Made by a program: the position numbers and the translations under genes. Shown piece by piece: positions 19,474 to 29,741 of a stretch of DNA of 64,000 nt. Numbering within the stretch: position 1 is the first letter of the stretch; every line of letters begins with the position of its first letter. The notes under the pieces are model-generated. The model ran no database searches, was not told where the DNA came from, and saw only the letters and a program-made list of their open reading frames with translations. The DNA comes from Bdellovibrio sp. GTDB taxonomy: Bacteria > Bdellovibrionota > Bdellovibrionia > Bdellovibrionales > Bdellovibrionaceae. The DNA lies in the NCBI GenBank assembly GCA_036677065.1, contig JAKFBS010000002.1:288001-352000 (forward strand), given 5' to 3'.

Positions 19474-20367
19474 CTAGACTGCTTTTTCTGAAATTGATTC
19501 TAATGTCGTAATATCGTCTTGTGATAGGTGAGTGGTTTTAAAACCCACTAAAAAGCCAACAACTTTGGGTCCAAGCTTGATTGCCGAAATACAAGCGTAT
19601 TTAAAATCTAAGATTTTTAAACCTAATTGATTGATATTAAAAGTTTCGGTGAAATGGTTTTTATAAACATTAGTGAATGGATTTTCTGCAGTTAGATCAT
19701 AAGAAAAAATAGCCGTGTCTAATTCTTCTTTTTCTAAGTCTTCATCCATTTTATAAAGCTCTGTTGTGTTTTTACCTGTCACACGTAAAACGACATAAGC
19801 ATCAAATTTTTTACGGGCGATTTCAGAAAAATTACCGTGATTTGTCTCTAGATTTTGCCAGACATGATTGTTCGTCATGCCATTTTCAGCAGGCAGCGGT
19901 TGAAGCACCACGGGTTGCGCAACTTCAACGACCGGTTCAAGCACTTTGCGAATTGGCGTGTTTGAAATAAAAGCTAAATTTTCAGGTGAACATAAAACAA
20001 AAACAGCATTCGGTAGTGAAAGAACTTTATCTGAAAACTCAAGACCCGCGATCAGAAGTTGTCCATCCCAAGTTTGTAACGGAATTAATTCAGAATTAAA
20101 AGCAGGGTATTGTGAATAGCCTTCAACACAGTCTAAGTGCTGTTTGCGTAATTTCATAATTGAAGTCTGATCTAATTTTTCTAACACAGGTACGCCGTAA
20201 AAAGCACTTGCCCAGGTTTTATAGTCAGCCCAATTTAAAAATTGATTTTCTAATGCAATTTTAATTTTTGATTTTTGCAATAGCGCAGGATCGCCAGAAT
20301 TTAATAATTCTTCGACCGATAAAATCGCATCAGGAAAAAAATGCTCCCAGTTTTGCTCTTGCGCCAT
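19474..20367 (-). CDS. Hypothetical two-domain protein (GspE/PilB N-domain-like plus GAF-like)
   Basis: WASAFYGVPVL...LIPLQTWDGQLLIA resembles the T2SSE N-domain; Pro/Val linker; C-terminal SAIKLGPKVVGFLVG is GAF-like. Confidence 0.55.
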   Translation of the reverse strand: MAQEQNWEHFFPDAILSVEELLNSGDPALLQKSKIKIALENQFLNWADYKTWASAFYGVPVLEKLDQTSIMKLRKQHLDCVEGYSQYPAFNSELIPLQTWDGQLLIAGLEFSDKVLSLPNAVFVLCSPENLAFISNTPIRKVLEPVVEVAQPVVLQPLPAENGMTNNHVWQNLETNHGNFSEIARKKFDAYVVLRVTGKNTTELYKMDEDLEKEELDTAIFSYDLTAENPFTNVYKNHFTETFNINQLGLKILDFKYACISAIKLGPKVVGFLVGFKTTHLSQDDITTLESISEKAV

Positions 20368-20374
20368 GTCTTTT

Positions 20375-20402
20375 ATATCGGACTATGGCCTTGCGATATT
20401 TA
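20375..20402 (-). promoter_or_regulatory. Sigma-28-like promoter candidate
   Basis: TAAA-N16-TCCGATAT ending 7 nt before the ATG at 20367. Confidence 0.35.
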
Positions 20403-20528
20403 GCTCGAAGCGCGAAAACTTGGAGATTAAATTTCCGGTAATTTCTACAAAAATGTCGATATTGTGGACGATCCAACTAACCCTGGTCTGGATGTGGGGT
20501 GTCTAATGAGTAGTTTCAGGAGGAGACT

Positions 20529-20729
20529 ATGACAACAACTCTTATCCAGTGGTTCTCGGTTGCAAGCTTTATCGGTTTAATGGCTTTTATCATGGTGTCA
20601 AACCGTGAGGTCCAATATAACGAATATAAAGCACCGGTTGTTGAGGATAAGCCTTCGAAGTCTGAACCAAGACCTGTTTATCCTCCGCTTAAGAAAAAGC
20701 CTTATACTCGCTCAACACGAATGGCTTAA
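20529..20729 (+). CDS. Small membrane-anchored protein (66 aa)
   Basis: Perfect AGGAGG RBS; N-terminal TM; Pro/Lys-rich tail. Confidence 0.75.
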   Translation: MTTTLIQWFSVASFIGLMAFIMVSNREVQYNEYKAPVVEDKPSKSEPRPVYPPLKKKPYTRSTRMA

Positions 20730-20840
20730 ACGGTAATCTTACGGATTTTGACCTAACTGGTTAATTTTACATAGATAATCTTTATTGAAACAGCTCTAAT
20801 CCTTTTCAAAATTTTCATTCTCGTGTAGAAGTCTTTAGCG

Positions 20841-22025
20841 ATGCTAAAGATTCCAATTTACCTAGACTTTAATGCGACGGCTCCGCTTTCGCAAAAAGTG
20901 ATTACCTCCATGCCACAGTTGCTACAACTGTGGGGTAATCCTTCGTCGATTCATTTAGCCTCTCGTGGTCCGAAAACCATCTTACGCGAAACGAAAAAAA
21001 AATTAGCTGATTACTTAAAAGTTTCATCACTAGAAATTATTTTTAATTCAGGTGCTTCTGAAGGTAACAACACAGTTTTAAAATCAGTATGGAATACCTT
21101 CCGCCCCGGAAACCATTTTGGCCAACAAGTCAAAAATGAATTTCTTATTTCTGCGGTTGAGCATCCAAGTATCACAAAGACGGCTCAGTTCTTAGAGACT
21201 GAAGGCGCGGTCATTCATTGGATTCCTGTGTCACTAGATGGTGACATTGATTTAAATTTTATCAAAGAAAAATTAAACGAACGCACAGCTCTTATCAGCG
21301 TGATGTTTGCTAATAACGAAACAGGCACAGTATTTCCAATTAAAGACATCGTAGCTTTGGCAAAAGAAAAAAATGTTTTAGTGCATTCAGATTGCGTACA
21401 GGCTTTCGGAAAAACTGATTTTAATCTATCCGATCTTGGCGTTGATTACGCAACTATTTCAGCTCATAAGTTTTATGCGCTGAAAGGTTGCGGAGTTTTA
21501 TTTGCGCGAAAGAATGCGCCCTACATCAATCTAGTTCACGGTGGAGGGCAAGAGCGTTCTCGTCGTGGCGGTACAGAAAATATTCTGGGTATCGCTTCAT
21601 TAGGCGTTATGGTTGATGAGTTAGCTCAAGTAAGCGTTAATGAAACCGAAATCAGAATTCTTCGCGATTATTTTGAAACAGAAATTAAAGCTCAAGTTCC
21701 TAACGTAACTGTAACTTGCGAAAAATCAATTCGTTTAGCAAACACATCAAGTTTAGTTATCTCAGGCGTTGATGGCGAAACGCTTTTAGTCAGTCTTGAT
21801 CTTAAAGGTTTTGCCGTAAGCACAGGTGCAGCCTGCTCAAGCGGAAATCCTGAGCCAAGTCCAGTGTTGTTAGCTGTAGGCCTTACTCGTCAGGAAGCGC
21901 AGAACTCTTTACGCGTAAGTCTTGGCTGGACAACAACCAAAGAACATATCGATTTATTTATTCATCAGCTAGTTGAAGTTGTAGAACATCTTCGCGCAAT
22001 TAATGAGGCACAAACAAATGTCTGA
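20841..22025 (+). CDS. iscS: Cysteine desulfurase (IscS/NifS group I)
   Basis: YLDFNAT, GNPSS, NNETG, SAHKF, STGAACSSG; upstream of mnmA. Confidence 0.9.
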   Translation: MLKIPIYLDFNATAPLSQKVITSMPQLLQLWGNPSSIHLASRGPKTILRETKKKLADYLKVSSLEIIFNSGASEGNNTVLKSVWNTFRPGNHFGQQVKNEFLISAVEHPSITKTAQFLETEGAVIHWIPVSLDGDIDLNFIKEKLNERTALISVMFANNETGTVFPIKDIVALAKEKNVLVHSDCVQAFGKTDFNLSDLGVDYATISAHKFYALKGCGVLFARKNAPYINLVHGGGQERSRRGGTENILGIASLGVMVDELAQVSVNETEIRILRDYFETEIKAQVPNVTVTCEKSIRLANTSSLVISGVDGETLLVSLDLKGFAVSTGAACSSGNPEPSPVLLAVGLTRQEAQNSLRVSLGWTTTKEHIDLFIHQLVEVVEHLRAINEAQTNV

Positions 22026-23127
22026 TACCGTAAACGTACCAGTTAAAAAGAAAAAAGTATTAGTGGCCATGAGCGGGGGAGTTGATTCTTCTGTAGCAGC
22101 TGCGCTTTTAAAAGAGCAAGGCTACGACGTTGTCGGAGCCACGATGCAGGTTTGGGATTACACTAACTGCGATATCACTGAAGGCAGCGGCACTTGTTGT
22201 TCATCTTTAGATGTTGATGATGCCAGATCAGTGGCTGATAAACTTGATATTCCGTTTTATGTTTTAAACTGCGAAGCTAAATTTAAAGCTTCGGTCATTG
22301 ATCCATTTATTAATGCTTACCTCCAAGGGCAAACACCACTTCCATGTGTTAACTGCAACACGTATTTAAAATTTGACCACTTAGTTAAAAAAATGAAAGA
22401 GCTTGAGTGTGATTACTTAGCGACTGGTCATTACGCACAGATTATTCAAAACGAAAGTGGCGAATACCAAATCAAGACTTCTGAAGATGACTGGAAAGAT
22501 CAAACATATTTTTTATTCACTATTGATCCAGCGATTGTGCCAAAATTATTATTTCCCATAGGTCATCTTAAAAAGCCAGAAGTAAGAAAATTAGCTGAAA
22601 GCCAAGGTCTGGTTGTAGCTAAGAAAAAAGATTCTCAAGGAATCTGTTTTGTGGGCAACATGGGTTACGATAACTTTATCAAAGGCCAAGTTTCTGAAAG
22701 CATTCTAAAATCAAAACGTGGCGTACTTAAACGCTATCCAACGAATGAAGTTATGGCTGATCATGATGGCATTCATCATTATACAATCGGGCAAAGTAAA
22801 GGCTTAGGCATGACATATCATGAAAAGCTTTTTGTTATTAAAATTGATGCCACTGATAACACAGTGTGGGTTGGCGAAGAAAAATATTTATTTCATGATG
22901 AAGTTGATGTGATCGAACCACACATCATTAGCAAGTTTACAGACGGCGAAGAGCTATCTGTAAAGATTCGTTACCAGCATAAAGGCTCAATTGCAAAAGT
23001 TGTAAAATCTGAAACTGGTTTTAAATTAAAATTCAAAGAACCTCAGCGTGCAATCACTCCTGGACAAGCGGCTGTGTTCTATTCTCAAGAAAAAGTATTG
23101 CTCGGAGGCGGATGGATCAAGTTGTAA
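22018..23127 (+). CDS. mnmA: tRNA 2-thiouridylase MnmA
   Basis: AMSGGVDSS, PCVNCN, ATGHY, KDQTYFL, DSQGICF, TPGQAAVFY. Confidence 0.96.
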   Translation: MSDTVNVPVKKKKVLVAMSGGVDSSVAAALLKEQGYDVVGATMQVWDYTNCDITEGSGTCCSSLDVDDARSVADKLDIPFYVLNCEAKFKASVIDPFINAYLQGQTPLPCVNCNTYLKFDHLVKKMKELECDYLATGHYAQIIQNESGEYQIKTSEDDWKDQTYFLFTIDPAIVPKLLFPIGHLKKPEVRKLAESQGLVVAKKKDSQGICFVGNMGYDNFIKGQVSESILKSKRGVLKRYPTNEVMADHDGIHHYTIGQSKGLGMTYHEKLFVIKIDATDNTVWVGEEKYLFHDEVDVIEPHIISKFTDGEELSVKIRYQHKGSIAKVVKSETGFKLKFKEPQRAITPGQAAVFYSQEKVLLGGGWIKL

Positions 23128-24467
23128 TGCCGTCAATGGCTTCAGATCAATTCGTGGTGCACACGTTCGGCTGTAAGGTAAATACTTACGACGGTGGTCT
23201 TATTCAAAAAAATATGACGACACACGGCTTTAAATTAAATGCCGGCCGTTTAAGTATCGAGACTTTAGATAAAACCAAAACTCAGATTCATATTTTAAAT
23301 ACCTGTGCCGTAACTGCTGAAGCCACTAAAGAGGCAGTAAAAACAATTCGTAAGATTAAAGCGCAACAGCCATTTTCTACAATTGTTATAACAGGCTGTG
23401 CTGCGCAAGTTGATACCGGGGCTTTTGAGAATCTTCCAGGTGCAGATCTTGTGATTGCTAATTCTCACAAAGGACTTCTTCCTGATCTTTTGAAAAAACA
23501 TTTTCGTGGTGAACTTCAACAGAAAACATTCAAATCTAATATCTTCAAAAAAGAAGAGTTAGAAGCTGATGGTGGCGAAGAAGCAGCTCACACTAGAACT
23601 TTCTTAAAAATACAAGATGGCTGCAATTCGTTTTGTTCATTCTGTATTATTCCTTATGCCCGCGGTAAGAGCCGCTCGATTTCAATTGCTCATATCGTTG
23701 ATAAAATTAATCAAATCGTTCGCGAAGGCAAAAAAGAAGTTGTTCTTACTGGAGTACATATCGGTGACTACGAAGATAACGGTAAAAACATGGATGATTT
23801 AGTTGAAGCGGTTTTAAATCGCACAACAATTTCACGTGTGCGGTTGTCATCTTTAGAGCCCATTGAAATCTCAGACCGCTTATTGGCAATGTATGAAAAT
23901 CCAAGATTATGCGCTCACTTTCACATGAGCATCCAATCGGCAGATTCTGAAACATTAAAAGAAATGAAGCGTAAATATTCACAAGAACAAGTTGAGCTCG
24001 CGTTACATAATATTTCAAAAATAAAAGATGTGTTTGTCGGAATGGATGTGATCGCGGGATTTCCTTCAGAAACTGAAGAGCAATTCGAAAATACTTACAA
24101 ACGTTTAGCTGAAACACCCTGGACACGTTTGCATGTGTTTCCGTACAGCGAACGCAGCGGTACACGTGCTGCGATTATGGATCAAGTGCCACATCATCTT
24201 CGTAAAGAACGTGCTGCGCGCTTACGTGAATTAAGCTTACACCGTTTTCAGGCTGAAGCTTTGAAACAAGTTGGCAATACTCACCAAACGCTGATCTTAA
24301 ATAAAGCTTCTAAAAAAGCCGAAGGCTTAACTCGCAACTACTGGCCAGTAAGACTAAATTTATCAGAAGACAAATTAAAAAAACTAGCTGGTTTGGAAGT
24401 GCAAGTAAAAATCACGGCAGTTAATTTTGAAACGGGCGAAGGCCAACTTGAAGGAGTTATTGTATGA
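23112..24467 (+). CDS. mtaB: Threonylcarbamoyladenosine tRNA methylthiotransferase MtaB
   Basis: TFGCKVN, NTCAVT, TGCAAQ, radical SAM CNSFCSFC, HVFPYSERSGT. Confidence 0.92.
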   Translation: MDQVVMPSMASDQFVVHTFGCKVNTYDGGLIQKNMTTHGFKLNAGRLSIETLDKTKTQIHILNTCAVTAEATKEAVKTIRKIKAQQPFSTIVITGCAAQVDTGAFENLPGADLVIANSHKGLLPDLLKKHFRGELQQKTFKSNIFKKEELEADGGEEAAHTRTFLKIQDGCNSFCSFCIIPYARGKSRSISIAHIVDKINQIVREGKKEVVLTGVHIGDYEDNGKNMDDLVEAVLNRTTISRVRLSSLEPIEISDRLLAMYENPRLCAHFHMSIQSADSETLKEMKRKYSQEQVELALHNISKIKDVFVGMDVIAGFPSETEEQFENTYKRLAETPWTRLHVFPYSERSGTRAAIMDQVPHHLRKERAARLRELSLHRFQAEALKQVGNTHQTLILNKASKKAEGLTRNYWPVRLNLSEDKLKKLAGLEVQVKITAVNFETGEGQLEGVIV

Positions 24468-25183
24468 TTCCTCAAAGTTTAGAACAAAACATCAATTACA
24501 AATTTAAAGATCGTGATCTTTTGTTAGAGGCTTTAACTCATAAAAGTTACTGCATTAATGAAAAGAAAAAACTTTCTCACAACGAACGTTTAGAATATTT
24601 AGGCGATGCGATCTTAGGCTTTGTCTTGGCAGAACAGCTCATGCAGCTTTTTCCGCAGGATAACGAAGGTCTTTTATCTAAAAAGCGCGCAAGTCTTGTA
24701 AATCAAGATGTGTTGTCGCAAAAAGCATTGAACCTTAAATTAGACACTTTGTTGATTTTAGGTCCTGGTGAAAAAGAGCAAGAATCACATTTAAAACCCA
24801 GAATTTTATGTTCAGCTTATGAGGCCATGTTAGGCGCTATATATCTGGACTCAGATTTTCTAAATATTAGAAGCTGGATTCAAAAAGAATTTAAACCGGA
24901 CATCCAACAGATCAAGCCAGATCTGGAATTTGAACGTGATTACAAAACAAGACTTCAGGAGCTTACGCAAAAATTAAAATTGGGTATGCCCGAATATCAA
25001 CTGATCGGCACTGAAGGGCCATCACATAACCCAGAATTTTTAGTTGGAATTTTTCTAACTCAAAATGGCCAAGCGGTCGAAAAGTTTCGCGCGACCGGTA
25101 AAAGCAAAAAAGCGGCTGAACAAGCCGCAGCTCAACAATTAATGAATTATTTAGAAACAGATCATAAAAGGAAAAGTGTATAG
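24464..25183 (+). CDS. rnc: Ribonuclease III
   Basis: NERLEYLGDAIL signature plus dsRBD. Confidence 0.96.
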   Translation: MIPQSLEQNINYKFKDRDLLLEALTHKSYCINEKKKLSHNERLEYLGDAILGFVLAEQLMQLFPQDNEGLLSKKRASLVNQDVLSQKALNLKLDTLLILGPGEKEQESHLKPRILCSAYEAMLGAIYLDSDFLNIRSWIQKEFKPDIQQIKPDLEFERDYKTRLQELTQKLKLGMPEYQLIGTEGPSHNPEFLVGIFLTQNGQAVEKFRATGKSKKAAEQAAAQQLMNYLETDHKRKSV

Positions 25184-26103
25184 TGGAAACTACAGAAAAA
25201 AAGTCATTTAAAGCAGGGTTCTTAGGCCTGATCGGTCAACCCAACGCTGGTAAAAGCTCTTTATTAAATTTTTTAGTAAAAGAAAAAGTATCAATCGTTA
25301 CGAATAAACCGCAAACGACTCGTCGTCGCATTACTGGACTTCATACGACTGAAGCCGGGCAAATAGTTTTTATCGATGCACCAGGTCTGGTAAAATCAAC
25401 TTCAGGGTTAAATACTTTCTTAGAAAAAGAAGCTCATGATGTGATCAGAAGTTCTGATGCTTTAGTTGCAGTACTTTCTGTTGATGAAGATTCGGCTGAA
25501 AGAAATGAAGAGATTTTAGAGTTAGTGACTAAATCTAAAAAGCCTTGGATTGCGATCATCACTAAAGTTGATTTAAAAGAAACTCAGCACCGCGTGATGA
25601 TCTTAAAAGGTATCGTTGAAAAATTCGGTGGTAAAGCTCTTACAGTTTCAAACACCAAATTCAAAGACGAAGACCGTAAAGAAATCTTAGCAAAATTAGT
25701 AGAGATTTTGCCTGAGTCAGATCGCCATCTTTATGATCCTGAAATGTTCACGACTGAAAATGTGCGTGGCTTGGTCGAGGAAATCATCCGTGAAAAATGC
25801 TTCCAAGTTTTACATCACGAAATTCCTTACCAATTAGCAGTTCAAATCAGAAAATTTGATGAAGACGCTAAACCTTGCCCTAAGATCTACGCTGACATTA
25901 TGGTTGGTCAAGATTCACACAAACCAATCGTGGTTGGTAAAGGTGCGGCAGTTATTAAAGAGATCGGTTCACTTTCGCGTAAAGAGATCGAAAGCTTAAT
26001 GGGCGAAAAAGTTTATTTAGAATTAAATGTAACAGTTAAAGCAAATTGGTTTGAAAACAAACAAACCCTGAAAGAGTTGAAGTATGTCGTTGATTCAGAG
26101 TAG
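25183..26103 (+). CDS. era: GTPase Era
   Basis: GQPNAGKS, PQTTR, DAPG, HHEIPY KH domain. Confidence 0.96.
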   Translation: METTEKKSFKAGFLGLIGQPNAGKSSLLNFLVKEKVSIVTNKPQTTRRRITGLHTTEAGQIVFIDAPGLVKSTSGLNTFLEKEAHDVIRSSDALVAVLSVDEDSAERNEEILELVTKSKKPWIAIITKVDLKETQHRVMILKGIVEKFGGKALTVSNTKFKDEDRKEILAKLVEILPESDRHLYDPEMFTTENVRGLVEEIIREKCFQVLHHEIPYQLAVQIRKFDEDAKPCPKIYADIMVGQDSHKPIVVGKGAAVIKEIGSLSRKEIESLMGEKVYLELNVTVKANWFENKQTLKELKYVVDSE

Positions 26104-27472
26104 CAGTGGAGATTCAGCGCACGGCGCTGATGAAGGTGGTTTTGTTGATTCGCCAAAGGTTGCCATCATCGGTAGACCAAACGTGGGTAAGTCTACGTTA
26201 TTTAATATTTTAACTGATTCACGTAAAGCTGTTGTAAAAAATCAACCAGGTGTTACTCGTGATATTCTTATCGAGCCGGTAGATATCTGGGGTAAGAAAT
26301 TTGATCTAATTGATACGGGTGGTGTGACTGAGGCTACTGATTTATTCTCAAAATTAATCAAAGAACAAGTCACTGAATTTTTATTCACCGTTGATTTTAT
26401 CGTTGCCGTAATGGATGGCCGTGCAGGATTACTTCCCGAAGATCGCGATATTATTAAAATCGCAAAACAAACGGGTAAACCGATTCTTTTAGTGGTTAAT
26501 AAGGTTGATAGCCCACACGAAGATGATCTATTAAAAGCTGATTTCCATGAATTCGGACTCGATGTCATGGGGTGCAGTTTTGAGCAGCGCCGTGGTGTTG
26601 GTGATGTTTTGCAGTGGATTGTAAGCATGGTTCCTGAAATTCCAAAAGAAATCGGCAAGTCACTTCGTATCGCCATGGTCGGTAAACCTAACGTTGGTAA
26701 AAGCTCTTTATGTAATTGTCTTCTAAAGCAAAACCGCATGTTAGTGAGCGAAATCGCAGGAACAACTATTGATTCAGTCGATGCGCCATTTAGATTTAAT
26801 GACCGCGATTATATGTTAGTTGATACTGCGGGTTTGAGACGACAATCAAAACGTGATGAAGGCTTAGAGATGATCTCAGCGTTTAAATCACAAGAATCAA
26901 TTCGTAGAGCTGATGTCGTGTTATTAGTAATTGATGGCGTTTTAGGGCCGTCAGAGCAAGATGCTAAGATCTTACAAGCCATTTTAGATGACCATAAAGG
27001 TGTTGTTTGTGTAGCTAATAAATCTGACTTAGGTCAGGAAGAAATCGAAAAATATCGTGAAACATTTCGTGCTCAAGTTGCGCGTGTATTTCATTTTTTC
27101 GTCGACATTCCATTAGTATTTACTTCGGCTTTGAAATCTCAGGGAATCAAAGACCTTTTTGATGAAATCGAGCGCGTTGCAGATAAACGCAGTTTACAAA
27201 TCAAGACTTCAGAATTAAATGATTTCTTCTTTGAAACAATTCGTAAAGCTCCGGCGCCAGTTTGGGGTCAAACAAATGTTAAGTTTTATTACTTAACTCA
27301 GACTTATCAAAAACCACCGGCATTTATCGCATTTTGTAACCACCCAGAAGGTGTTCATAATTCATACCGTCGCTTCTTAATTAAAAACATGAAAGAGAAA
27401 TTCGACTTACACGGAATCCCTATCAGAATTTACTGTATGAAGTCGCGTCGCGGAGGCGAAAGTAATCTGTAA
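26084..27472 (+). CDS. der: Ribosome biogenesis GTPase Der (EngA)
   Basis: Two G domains (GRPNVGKS, GKPNVGKS) plus KH-like C-terminus. Confidence 0.96.
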   Translation: MSLIQSSSGDSAHGADEGGFVDSPKVAIIGRPNVGKSTLFNILTDSRKAVVKNQPGVTRDILIEPVDIWGKKFDLIDTGGVTEATDLFSKLIKEQVTEFLFTVDFIVAVMDGRAGLLPEDRDIIKIAKQTGKPILLVVNKVDSPHEDDLLKADFHEFGLDVMGCSFEQRRGVGDVLQWIVSMVPEIPKEIGKSLRIAMVGKPNVGKSSLCNCLLKQNRMLVSEIAGTTIDSVDAPFRFNDRDYMLVDTAGLRRQSKRDEGLEMISAFKSQESIRRADVVLLVIDGVLGPSEQDAKILQAILDDHKGVVCVANKSDLGQEEIEKYRETFRAQVARVFHFFVDIPLVFTSALKSQGIKDLFDEIERVADKRSLQIKTSELNDFFFETIRKAPAPVWGQTNVKFYYLTQTYQKPPAFIAFCNHPEGVHNSYRRFLIKNMKEKFDLHGIPIRIYCMKSRRGGESNL

Positions 27473-28857
27473 TGCCGAATAATAAATTCACCGGAAAAAT
27501 TCTATGGCGTAATCGTTTTGCGTTTTATCTTTTGGCCGTGGGCTCTGCCTGCGGTCTGGGTAATATCTGGCGATTTCCATACGTGGCTGGTGAAAATGGG
27601 GGAGGCGCTTTTATCCTTCTGTATTTATTATTGGCTTTTACTATAGGTGTTTCGATTTTAATTGCCGAACTGATGTTAGGTAAAAAATCTGAGGCCAGTC
27701 TTTTAAAAATCACTCAACGTGTTTCAACGACCCATAAAAAACCATTTTTCTGGATTTCGCGGTTAACTTTAACAATTACGGTGGTCATTCTATCGTATTA
27801 TTCGGTGATCAGCGGCTGGGTTCTGCATTATATCACGCAGTTTATCGTCGGCTTTTTTCGTGGTGATACGCTCGCGTATATTTCATCATTAAATATGAAA
27901 GTCTTAACGGATAACGGCTGGTTGCAGTTTGCTTTAGCTTCGGTGCATTTAATCGTTGCCGGGCTTATCGTAGGGCAAAGAATCACCAATCGTTTTGAGA
28001 AAATCTTAACGACATTTATTATTCCGGTGTTTGTATTTTTATTTGCGATGTTACTTGTGCGCTCGTTGTCGTTAGACTCGGCTCCTGAGGTGTTGCGTTT
28101 TATCTTTTATCCTGACTTTTCTAAATTAAACTTGCGCTCTTTAGGGCATGCCATTGGCCACGTTTTTTTCACCTTATCCATCGGCGTAGGGGCATTAGTT
28201 ACGTTTGGCTCATACTTTAAAGACGAGGATCATCTGCCTAAAGTAGGTTTTCGTGTGATGATGGTTGATATTATGATTTCGCTATTTTCGGTGTTATTAG
28301 TTTTTCCAATTGCATTTACGATTGGCGAAAAACCACTGACTGATCCCAGTTTGCTTTTTGAATCACTGCCACGTCTATTTATGAAGATTCAATTTGGCCC
28401 GCTATTTGGTTTAGCATTTTTTATCTGTCTTTGGGCTGCAGCCCTTAATGCAAGCGTTGGTTTATTAGAAACCCTGGCTTCTAACTACTCAGAAAGATAT
28501 TTAAAATCAGACCGTAAGTCTTCGATTTGGTTGATTGTTCTGATCACTTTAGGTTTTACGGTGATTCCGGCTTTTTCCGGGTCTGGGCTTAAAAATGTGA
28601 AGTTATTTGATCAGACGTTATTAGAAAATATCGATTCATTTTTGATTAATTACCTTTTGCCGATTTCGGGTTTAGGAATGATCTTTTTATTTTTCAAAGC
28701 TTTGCCTATGGCCGATCAAAAAGATTTATTCTTAGATGAAAAAACTGAATCAAGTTATGCCTTAATCAATTACTGGCAAGTGATGTTAAAATACATTGCT
28801 CCGGCATTGATCGCGCTGGGTATTATTCTACAGATCGTGGCTTTATTTAAAAATTAG
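27472..28857 (+). CDS. Sodium-dependent transporter, NSS/SNF family
   Basis: GSACGLGNIWRFPYVAGENGGGAF signature. Confidence 0.92.
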   Translation: MPNNKFTGKILWRNRFAFYLLAVGSACGLGNIWRFPYVAGENGGGAFILLYLLLAFTIGVSILIAELMLGKKSEASLLKITQRVSTTHKKPFFWISRLTLTITVVILSYYSVISGWVLHYITQFIVGFFRGDTLAYISSLNMKVLTDNGWLQFALASVHLIVAGLIVGQRITNRFEKILTTFIIPVFVFLFAMLLVRSLSLDSAPEVLRFIFYPDFSKLNLRSLGHAIGHVFFTLSIGVGALVTFGSYFKDEDHLPKVGFRVMMVDIMISLFSVLLVFPIAFTIGEKPLTDPSLLFESLPRLFMKIQFGPLFGLAFFICLWAAALNASVGLLETLASNYSERYLKSDRKSSIWLIVLITLGFTVIPAFSGSGLKNVKLFDQTLLENIDSFLINYLLPISGLGMIFLFFKALPMADQKDLFLDEKTESSYALINYWQVMLKYIAPALIALGIILQIVALFKN

Positions 28858-29632
28858 TTCCTAAAATAAAATTTATTTCGTAAATATCGCCATCTAAGTG
28901 GGGTTGGATAGCTTGCAGGTTAGGTGTTCCTGTGCCGCCTTCATCGATGAAAAAATTATTCTCGTCCGGAAATTGCACAAAGTTATAAATCGCCTGGGCG
29001 CCGAAGTAAAAGCGGCGCTGGACCAGTGGAATCTCAATGCCCGTGCCTAAGCGAAATCCGGCTACTTTATCAGGTTCGTTCGCAAAACTTTCATTTAAAT
29101 TATAAGTTCTGACAAACATGCCGGCGCCGATTAACAAGTAGGGATTCAGATCTGCTAACCCTTTGGTGACGTTGTCGGTGTTGACATAATATTTCATATG
29201 CAGATCAAAAATTTGAATATTTACAGTACCGGTGTAGGTGTTATTCGCGCTTGAAAAAGCCACGCCATGATCGCCAGTTGTGTAGCTTAAGGCTGTGGCT
29301 AAATTCAAATCAAAGAAATAACTAAACTGAACCCCATAATCGAGTGCGCCTTCATACCCTTCGGCAAAACCTTTTGTGAAATCACGATAACCCAGTAAAA
29401 GCCCCAGAGTTAAATAACGGCCATTGCGTAAAAAGTGGATATCAGCTTCTTCGTCAGTTTCTTGGTCGAACTCATTGTAATCTGAGAAAGGATCAAATGA
29501 ATCATCAGCTTCTGGAGTTGTTGTTTGAGCATAACTTGGAAGTGCCGTAAAAGTCAGAATAATAGTCAGAGTGCTGACTAAAACGAATGCAAAAGTAAGT
29601 CTAGAGATGTGGCGCAAAAGCTGTTTTTTCAT
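28847..29632 (-). CDS. Outer-membrane beta-barrel protein
   Basis: Signal peptide, alternating beta-strands, C-terminal Phe (ILGTNF). Confidence 0.75.
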   Translation of the reverse strand: MKKQLLRHISRLTFAFVLVSTLTIILTFTALPSYAQTTTPEADDSFDPFSDYNEFDQETDEEADIHFLRNGRYLTLGLLLGYRDFTKGFAEGYEGALDYGVQFSYFFDLNLATALSYTTGDHGVAFSSANNTYTGTVNIQIFDLHMKYYVNTDNVTKGLADLNPYLLIGAGMFVRTYNLNESFANEPDKVAGFRLGTGIEIPLVQRRFYFGAQAIYNFVQFPDENNFFIDEGGTGTPNLQAIQPHLDGDIYEINFILGTNF

Positions 29633-29741
29633 GATCAGGCTTTAAGTATGCACAAAGTGGTTTGTAAGGTTAAGTCTGGAGGCGTTAGAGATTTGAATCT
29701 TTCCATTGAGCTTGAGAGTGATGGCTGGTTTAATTTTTACT

